This document shows, in pieces, positions 1 to 8,301 of a DNA stretch of 64,000 bases. A program made the position numbers and the translations under genes. The stretch lies in assembly GCA_964252035.1 (NCBI GenBank), contig OZ176208.1. One strand, given 5' to 3'. The first letter of the stretch is position 1. Each line of letters opens with the position of its first letter. The DNA comes from Podarcis erhardii (Eukaryota). A model generated the notes under the pieces. That model worked only from the letters and a program-made list of their open reading frames with translations, did not search any database and was not told where the DNA came from.

Positions 1-626
1 TGCAATGAGGGCAACTCCCCAGCTCCCCTTTGGCCGCATTGGGGCTGGAGGCAGCTTGCCGCTGCTTCACGGCCAAGTCAAGCAGCAGCAGCGGAAGGCA
101 GGCAGGAGCTGCATGGAAGCTGCTCTGGTTCTAAGCATATTTGAAAAAGGTCGCCTCGATCTCAGCTCCCGGGCTGCTCGACGCTCTCGGCTTTAATTTG
201 GCTAAAACGCCGCTATCCGACTAATCCCTGACTTGGAAGCAAGGCCTCTTGAGACCAAGGATTGGTTTAAGCAAGGGGAAGCCGATCCTGTTAGAAACCG
301 GTGCTCCTTACTTCCAAGTAAACACCTTTTGAGCGTGCCTGCCCCATTCGTGCTAGGAATCAAGGCCGGGCACCTACGCGCTTTGAGTTGGTGGCCGGTG
401 GGTTGGTTTGTTTGTTTTGTATTTTGTTTAACTAGCAACTCAAGTTCCACGAGCGGAAGCAGCAACCTGGAACATCTCTCCGGCGCTCAACACATGCATT
501 TACTGGAAAGTAAAAAGTCCCTTGTCTTAAGTGACAGCCGAGACCGGCTTCCCCATCCTCAACCGCAGCGTTTTGGCTACTCGCTTCCCGGCCAAGTCCA
601 CGTGCGCTTCCCGGCTGCTCACTTAC
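1..626 (-). other. MSX1: 5' part of MSX1 intron 1
   Basis: Lies downstream of the donor on the minus strand; no homeobox sequence (RKPRTPF...WFQNRR) is present in the window. Confidence 0.85.
621..626 (-). other. MSX1: 5' splice donor of MSX1 intron 1 (GTAAGT)
   Basis: Plus-strand ACTTAC at 621-626 directly follows the FSPPPP codons; perfect consensus donor. Confidence 0.93.
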
Positions 627-1098
627 TTGGCGGCGGCGGAGAGAAGCGGGGGCTTTGCATCCAGGGCGTCCGCTCCGGCTTCTCGGGGCTTTCGGCTTTG
701 GCGAGCGCCTCTTCGGGCACCTGGACTAATCCCCCGACAGCAAAATGGGTGGCGATGGCCAGCGCCGAGGCCGGTCTCTCCGGCGCCGCGGCAGAGGGCG
801 CCCCCCTCCTGGGACTGAGGGGCCTCGGGTGCGCCGACGGCTCCCCCCGCTCGGGCCCGCTGCCGGGCAGGCTGCCGGGCTTTCTGCGGTCGGCCATGAG
901 CGCCTCGACGCTGAAGGGTAGCAGAGCCGGAGCCGCCTTAGGCTTGTCGCCGCCGCCGCCGCCGCCGCCGCCGCCCTCCTCCCGGCCCCTGGTGGCCCCC
1001 GGGGGCCCCGTCGGGCCGGGCTTGCCGAAAGGCGGCGCGGGTGGCTCCTCGCTCCCCGCCGCGCTCTGAGCAGAAGTCATTTCCAGCGCCGGGGCCAT
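627..1098 (-). CDS. MSX1: MSX1 (msh homeobox 1) coding exon 1; homeodomain exon 2 lies outside the window
   Basis: Translation MAPALEMTS...[17 protein letters not shown]...[23 protein letters not shown] matches the Msx1 N-terminus: dual Met start (MAPxxxMTS), eh1 motif FSVEALM (915-896) and PWM hexapeptide (669-658). It ends at a phase-1 donor CCA A|GTAAGT; 472 nt = 157 codons + 1 nt. Confidence 0.96.
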
Positions 1099-1151
1099 GC
1101 AGCTCCCCCCGTCCCCCCGCCGGCGCCCCAGCTCTCGCAGCCGTCGCTCAT
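1077..1151 (-). other. Overlapping upstream ORF (24 aa) in the MSX1 5' UTR
   Basis: ATG 1151-1149, [24 protein letters not shown], out of frame with MSX1. Its TGA (1079-1077) overlaps the second in-frame ATG (1080-1078). Confidence 0.6.
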
Positions 1152-1254
1152 GGAGGTGGGCGCGGAGGGTGAGGCAGGCCCGGCCGCGCTCCCGGCTGCG
1201 CGGCGCCTTCGCTCGTCCGGGCTCCGCTTGGCGAGGCCCGGGACCCAGCTCGGC

Positions 1255-1380
1255 GGGCTAATAAAGCCAGGCCGCCCCCGACGGCGGCCAATCCGCGCTC
1301 CGAAGGGGGGTCCCGCTGCCTTCCCATTGGGTGCGGCGCGCAAGAAGGACCAGGGGGCGGAGGAAGAGGAGGCGGGATCG
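1255..1380 (-). promoter_or_regulatory. MSX1 core/proximal promoter: TATA-like TTTATTAG, two CCAAT boxes, GC boxes
   Basis: Plus CTAATAAA 1258-1265 (minus TTTATTAG); CCAAT 1288-1292 (reverse orientation); ATTGG 1326-1330 (CCAAT on minus); GC-box-like GCCGCCCCC 1271-1279 and GAGGCGGGA near 1370. These sit ~160-280 nt upstream of the ATG within a CpG island. The TSS itself is inferred, not seen. Confidence 0.65.
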
Positions 1381-4300
1381 CCCGGCGCGCCTCCGCTCGA
1401 CTCTGCCTGGCGCGCCCGCCAAGCCGCGAAGAAACTTTGCTCGGCACTAGCCAGGAGCCATTGCGCGCCGGCCTTTGGTTCTCCGCCTCTGGGCAGCTCC
1501 CATTCACCTCGCGTCGCCGTCGATTCACCTCGAGGAGTTGTTTGTTTTGCTTGGATTCCCTTCCGTCCCGCTCGCTCTGTCTCTGCGATGGAAATTCCGC
1601 GCGCCTGAGCTGCAGGCGGCAGCTTTGCTTGGGACGACGATGCTCATCTTCAGATTATCGTAGAATAATTATTTTACCCCTTCTCTCGCAATCAGCGGCG
1701 TGCAATCTAGTTCTACGATAACCATTTAGAGTTTTAATTCTCTTTGAAGTGTCTCCCGACAATCAAGCGGTATATAGAGTTTGTGAAATAAATGTGAAAT
1801 AAAATAAATAAGACTTCTTTGAATATGGGCTGCATTCGTGTGTGTGTGTGTAAGAGAGAGATAGAGAGATAGAGAGAATGCTGTAATAATATGTAATATT
1901 TGCCCACCCCCGCCGCCCAATGTCATTTTGATGCTCACTGATTTCAAAGGGATACGTTTACACATGCCTTTCGCTTTTGGAGGGGAAATCAACGTAGAGA
2001 AAAGCTATTAAATTTGGCTGCATCGTCGTGTAGCTTACTCGGAAGTAAGTGCAATGAGACTCATTCTAGACAAGTGTGGATGGAATGGCAACCTCTCTGG
2101 TTGTGAAATAATAGTTCTTCTTAAGCACAATAAACTCCCAAACTGCCAAAAACAAACAAACAAAAAACCACAGAGAGTCCAATATATAAGCCAATGAATT
2201 AAATACGATGTGTTGTATGTGTAGGGTTTAAGCTTATTTATAATCATATTAGCATTAGATGGGCTATACTTGATTTGGCAGGGATTTGGATGAGGATGCG
2301 ATCTGGCCTCGGCATGACCCAGTCTCAGGGCAGATACAGCATAGCTAGTCTTCCCCATCGGCTTACAGAAAAGCAATTTAACAAACAAGCAAACAAGCAG
2401 GAGGCAAAACGAGGGGCAAACCCTGCCCATCATTTGTATCTGGTATATCTCTCCTAGAGCTCTGTTTGTATGGATAAGGCATACAGTGTGGCGACGGGAT
2501 CATTCTTTGGTAAAGAATCATTGTAAAGGTGCCTAGAGATTGGAGCGTTAATACCCTCAAGGAAGTCTAACCTCTAGTCCCGACCAATTAAGGTCTTAAA
2601 AAGGAGGTTTTGTTTCGTGAATGCCTTTTACGATCCCTTATCCTCGCGGCCAGGACGGATGTGCAGTAAAAGGCGCTGATCTCTCTCATAATGGGATTGG
2701 CCGCTTGCTGGGAAAAGTTTATTGATAGCTGCGGGGCTCTAATCTCGGCGAAACACAAGAGCTTCTTGCAGTCATTTAAGGGCAATTATCTAAACGGGGA
2801 GGGACAGCGGAGCCCCTGCCTTTTGAACGGGGCCCGAGGAAGACGGGAGGTGATGAGCGCTTAGATTATGGGATGGATGGGCGAATGTCACAGCAAAGCT
2901 AGGTTTGTCAATACGCGAAGGAGCCGAGGAAAAGGAAGCGGGAATGTTCTTAAGGCTGCGTCGAGGTTCTCCCGCAGACAGACCCAGCATTGCGTTACCG
3001 TAGATGGATGACCCAACCTCGAGTATCGCTATTTATTTACTGCATAAATATATTTCCTGTATGTAAATTTCCCTCCAAGGAGCTCATGGCCACGTATGTG
3101 AATCCCTCCCCCCGCCAACTTCCCCTTACAACAGCCCTGCGAAGTGGGCCAGGTTTGCCGAGAGTAAAGCCTCGCAAGGTTTCGTGGCTGGGGAGGAACA
3201 AAGATCTCCCGAAGTCGAGCTAACGCTCTTAAGCGCTGCTCCACCCTGGCTCTGCCCCCGGGACTCCCAGTGTGGACCTAGAGCGCCTGGTTCTTCCTTC
3301 CTCCCCCCGCCCCGCAAAACAACAACAAAAAACCCTGAATGAGGAGAAGACCCGCTTTTCGGGTGAAAACAAACTCGCTCATATTCACACATCTCTCCTG
3401 GAACACGTTACACATTTCTTTCTATCGCCGTCTCCATATACTTTAATAAGAATAACGACACTGCTCCTTCCTGTTGCTGCTGTTATTGAAACAAATAAAT
3501 ACACGATGGGGGGGGGGGTCAGCCGTGTAACGGGTGCTCAAAGAGGAGCCATTGAAATAAATGCGGTACAGTAACCTAGGGCTTAGTGATGAACGAGAAA
3601 GCTAAACTTAACCCCGAAAAAAATGGAAGCTTATGTTTAACTTCCACGGACCATCTTGGGGTTTAACGGCAAAATCTTACTCGGTAAAAGGCCCACGGAG
3701 CTTTGGGTAAATGGCCCTAGGCCTGCAGCCTAAAAGTATTTACTTCTAGGGAGGGATGAGCGATTTGTGATCCATGGATTCACAGAAAGGGAGAAGGGGG
3801 CGCGCGCGTGCCCGCGTGAGAATGCACGCTGTGAATTTGGAGGGTGTTCCTGAAGCAGTAGGTATCTCTGCGTGTGCGCAAGATTTTAAGACTAGACTAG
3901 ATATGGATCGCTTAAACCATTTATTGGACTGAAGTATATTCCTCTCTGAGGCGCATGCATTTGTTGCAGGCCTCAAGAAATCTATGAAACCAATAAATTG
4001 GTTCTATGAAATCTATGAAACCAAGTAAACCAATAAATCACGAGCACACCTGCGTGTCCTGGCTTCACCCCATATTGAAAAGGTTCTTGGATAGGAGTGG
4101 AATTTCCTTCCACAAGGATGTGGTCTGCTTTCTGGGAGAAATCGACTTAAAGTTCCCCGTTTTATTATACAGCGCGGATGTCGTCCCGAATAGTTGTGCT
4201 GCGGTGTGTCGGCGCATTCCTTGGAAGGACCGCCCGATCCTAATGCCGACCGAGATTCGTTTGCTAAAGCCCTTTCTACTCTGGTCCCTTTCCTCACAGG

Positions 4301-4654
4301 ATCCTTTCCTAGACTCCTTGGGGAAAGTTCCGCCCGCCCCCCTTGGGGTTCTCCAGAAAGAACTTAGGCCGGAACCCTGGGGCTCTCCGTGAAAGGAACG
4401 CGCCTGCTCGCTTCTCTGACCCGTGGACCAAAGAGTAAAATCGATAGGATTTTTGGGAGGGGGCCTCCTGGCCCCAAGCACAAAACGCCGCGCCTTTCCT
4501 CCCCTTTTATCCCGCTTCTGGCGGCCAGATTGCGTTGCCCGCCTTTGGTGGGAACCCAGCTAGGTCCGCTTCTCGCGCGCCTCTCCCGCTGCACTTGGAC
4601 GGCGCGGCCGGCCCGGTCCAAGGGGCGTCTGCGCGGGCGCCCCAGAAGCGGCCG

Positions 4655-4760
4655 CGTCGCTAATTGCGAGAATAAACAATCTGTCACGATTAGTCAGTGC
4701 CTCTACTGGGCAGACAAGGGATGTTGTCTGGAGGCGCCAGCGGCGGCGGCATCAAAGGCT
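4655..4760. promoter_or_regulatory. Candidate MSX1 proximal enhancer (TCF/LEF + BMP-Smad + homeodomain sites)
   Basis: CTAATTG 4660-4666, TAAACAAT 4673-4680, TGTCA 4682-4686, CAGAC 4711-4715, GTCTG 4726-4730 next to GGCGCC 4733-4738, and CATCAAAGG 4750-4758, all within ~100 bp. Confidence 0.55.
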
Positions 4761-6733
4761 CCCGCTGGAGGGCCTATTGAGGACGCGAACCCGCGTCCAG
4801 GGAGCGAGGCGCCGGAGCCCGGCTAGGACCCCGACGCAAGCAGCCGAGCCAAAGGAGCGCGCTCGCCCAACCCCGCCTCTCTTCCCACCCCCGCAACGAC
4901 GGGGAAGACGCAGGATCCAGCCCCTCGCAGTTCTTTTGCTTTTGGGCAGCTCTGGCAATTCTTTGGGAAACCCCCCCCCCAAAGCGGGGGGACGTTGCAG
5001 AAGGGGATAAGTGGCGCTCATGTGAGCGCAGTCGGCGGCTGTTCCCACCAGTCCAGCTCCTTGGGCGTTGCTTCGACGGGGCTGGGGTGTGTGGGGACGA
5101 GGTGGGCATTGCTAGTCAGGACCATTAAGCCTTGGGGAGGAAGCGACCCCAGGAGCGGCCGGCCGCCCGCAGCGCTCACGAGGCAGCCCCGCGAGCAAGA
5201 TGCTCGGAGAGCAGGACTGAGGCCAGGCTTTGCCGCTGGGGCGCTGCATGGGGGGGGGGGGTAGATGTGGAAATCCCATTCCGGAATCCCGAAAATTCCT
5301 CCTGCCAGTCATAATGCCGGTCCCACTTTACGGTCGCGCTTTTCCAGCGTCCCAGTCGGCGTTTGCTTGTCCTTTACAAGCCGGCAAGATTGCGGCTTCC
5401 GCAGGAGAAGAGACCGGCCGCTTTTACTGACTTAGCCAAAGCGACTCCTGCCCCGACGGCTGTGGGGTTTTCTTGAGCGCAGGAGGCCGCATGATATCCG
5501 TGCAACGAAATTTTGTGTGGATTCTCGTTGCTTAAGAGTCTCCAAATTTTTTATTGCGCTTATTATAAATGGGCACAACACGCTGACAGATTATTTACCC
5601 CGGTTTGTCCTCCACCGTTTCTTTGAAGGAAGGAGAGGGGAAGAGTTTAAGAAAGAGAGTGAGAGAAGGGGGGGACCCTGCTCCTCTTGGGTGGAACAGA
5701 TAATTTAATGATAATATCACTTGAAAGCAAAACAAAACAACAACAGAATTTCAACCATGGGTTTATTTAGGGGGGGGGGAGTCTCACTTTATTCAGCGAA
5801 TCTTAACTTAAAAATATATGTGCAGTGATTGATGCGAGCATAACACTGATTACTAAATATCTATACTTGGAAACAAATCCTATCGAAACTATGAACTGGG
5901 CATTGGTCATCTTAAAGTGAAGGATTCTGGGCTACAAGTCTTATTTGCAACAGTACAGAGAAGCCCCGGCAAACCTAGCCGCCTTGTATATTTACCCAGC
6001 GCTATTTGCTGAATTTAAGCAGGGTTCTGTCCGGTCGAGTTTCCTCTCTCCATACACTAGAATCTGGGAAGTCGTTCCCATCGAAATAGATGAGGTCCTG
6101 GGTGTTAGTTTGCATGTCCGTCGCTTGACGACTAAACCTCTGGAGCGATGTAGTACCCCTGAACTGCAGCGGCAGCCGGTACTGCGCAGCTGACCGAAAG
6201 GTGATTTCACTTCACGGGAAACGCAGGGCTTTCTAGGGGACTCCCGTCCATACATTCACTTGCCAATCGCGAAGGGCTTGGCATCCGGTTTGGAGGTATG
6301 GCGGTATTACATGCACGTGTGAATCACACTTAAGCGCTTAAGAGTTGAGCGGGACAGCCCTCCTTACCTTTGATTTCTTGTTGCTGGAGCTAAACCATAC
6401 TCAGAGAATATACCGGGCACAGGAACGGAACACCGGGGAGGGGGCCTTCGCTTAAGGGCTAGGGAAGTCCGTGAGATTTCATAGCCCCAGTTCAGCTGAT
6501 GGAATTGAAGACTTCTCTGAGAGAGGTTCTTCTGCTCGTATTTAAAAGTGCCTCTTGCCCTTTGATCTTAAGCGCACTGAGCGCAGCCTGTCTTCGTCAG
6601 TCGCCTTGAAATAAGCGGGAAAGAATTCCTATTCGTTTTCATGCATCCGTGGAGACGGCGCGTATTAGTTGACCATCGGGGCCGTTGCTCCCATTGTAGG
6701 GCGTTGCGCTGGGGTTTGCCTTCTTCGACTTAG

Positions 6734-6736
<3 letters not shown>

Positions 6737-6778
<42 letters not shown>
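6737..6778. repeat. (GT)21 microsatellite
   Basis: Direct reading. Confidence 0.95.
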
Positions 6779-6785
<7 letters not shown>

Positions 6786-7385
6786 CATAACTCTTGCAAC
6801 CTTGGCCAGTTCCTGAACCGTGCAAGGCGATTCACACGTACTTGCCGATCACTTGAGAACCCGCAACATCAACTGCACGTGCTAATGAGCCTTCCAGAAC
6901 ACCGCCAGTGTAACTTTCGCATCACCGCAAACGCAAGAGTCAAGACATTTCAAGTGTGTCATGGAGGTGTCAGTGAACAAGTCCTTGTCATTTGTGCCTT
7001 ATCCTGACTTCGCCTTCCTTCTCCTCAAATTCAGTACTTCCCAGTGGGGCGAGTTCGCACATTCAGCTTCCACCGGTCACCAAGTGGGCAATAATCGAGA
7101 GATGGCAAATCAAATAATGTGTGTTGCACCACCGACATTTAAAAATGTATGCACGCAGCGAAAACCAAAACCAACAATTTGACAGGGAACTTTGACTCCT
7201 TGGTGAGTGTGTCCCTATGATACACGAATTTGTATATACATGCGTGTCGCATTCGCACGCATTTTGGGTGTGCATTTGAACCATGAACTAATGAGTGGAA
7301 TTGCTGTCGGTCCCATGTATTCTGATGAAATCTATTTCCAAGTAGCAAAACCGAAGGGTGTGTATAAGGTGGGAGTAAGGTCTGG

Positions 7386-7440
7386 TCCATGGGGTCACGA
7401 AGAGTCGGACACGGCTAAACGACTAAAAAACAACAACAAA
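7386..7440 (+). mobile_element. 3' tail fragment of an RTE-BovB-type LINE or BovB-tailed SINE
   Basis: CCATGGGGTCACGAAGAGTCGGACACGGCTAAACGACT followed by (CAA)n resembles the BovB 3' end. Confidence 0.7.
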
Positions 7441-7859
7441 GGTCCTATTAATCTGAGCGAGAATAAACTCCAAGTAACGCATTTAAGGCAGGGGGGGGGG
7501 GGCGAGACTGCAGCCGTCATTCGCTTTATCTGGAGAAACCTTCGCTTCAAGACGAGGTTTTATTTTTTATATATATATAAATATTTATTAAAGTTTTTGA
7601 ATACTCAAGACGAGGTTTTAAAACCGTCTCTCCCTTTGCAGACTTTGGAAATTCGCCGACTCCGGGTCGAAGTCAAACAGGATAAGGAGCGCGCACCCTC
7701 CACCCCCCGCCCCATCGCTGCCCCGGCCATAAACACTTCTCAGGGATTCCCGAGTTTAGTAATTATCCTGATCAAACGAGCTTTCCCTCCCAATCTCTCT
7801 CAGGCCGCCCCCCCCCCAACAAAAAGGGATCCTTGCCTCTTTAAGGCTGGATGAATGGA

Positions 7860-8030
7860 GGGCACTATTTCAAGTGGCCCAAATTAATTTGATCGCGACA
7901 TTTTGATGCACTTGGGCAAGATGAAAGCACAAGGCTGGCCGTCTCCTCCAAGATCTCTATAATTATAGATAATATATCCTATTTCAAAGCAATTAGCTCA
8001 ATCAGGCGTAACGAGGCACTTGGCTGCCAG
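7860..8030. promoter_or_regulatory. Candidate MSX1 distal enhancer (Nkx/homeodomain/TCF motif cluster)
   Basis: TCAAGTG 7870-7876, 12-bp palindrome CAAATTAATTTG 7880-7891, CACTTG 7909-7914 and 8018-8023, TTCAAAG 7983-7989, CAATTAG 7990-7996. Confidence 0.4.
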
Positions 8031-8244
8031 GCAGTTAACAAAGCGGCCCTGACGGTTATTTAAGCTTCAAGATGTCAAGCAGACACGGAGCCTCTTGGCT
8101 CAAGACCGGGTCGGAGCTGTTCCCCGAAGACTCCTCTCTCTCTCTCTCTCTCTCATATAGATTCATGAAATGGTAGAGGGGTTTTTTAATGAATATTTTA
8201 TTTGGAAAAATTCATTTATAAGAAGAGAGACTAAATAAATTGTA

Positions 8245-8301
8245 AAGTTGGAAGGGACCATCTAGGGTCATCTAGTCCAACCCCCTGCAATGCAGGAATC
8301 T
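8245..8301 (-). mobile_element. CR1 3' UTR fragment
   Basis: GTTGGAAGGGACC...TCATCTAGTCCAACCCCCTGCAATGCAGGAATCT is the reverse complement of the CR1 3' end seen elsewhere in the window. Confidence 0.7.

Larger units (their letters stand above)
480..1700. promoter_or_regulatory. CpG island covering the MSX1 promoter and exon 1
   Basis: Very high GC and dense CpG by inspection, against CpG-depleted sequence beyond ~11 kb. Confidence 0.9.

Noticed and set aside
233-1069. 278-aa plus-strand ORF antisense to MSX1 exon 1
   Set aside because: GC-rich shadow frame (polyPro from the GGC repeat) with no recognisable domain. Any antisense RNA cannot be inferred from the ORF alone.
1077-1721. Several 88-152-aa ORFs over the promoter CpG island
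   Set aside because: Stop-poor GC-rich DNA; Arg/Pro/Ala-biased low-complexity translations. Only the ATG-initiated 24-aa uORF is retained.
4006-5430. Overlapping 60-145-aa ORFs on both strands
   Set aside because: CpG-rich regulatory DNA; no domain or splice support; mostly non-ATG starts.
7207-7854. 215-aa plus-strand ORF
   Set aside because: Runs through a BovB-type tail, a G run and an AT tract; no homology recognisable.
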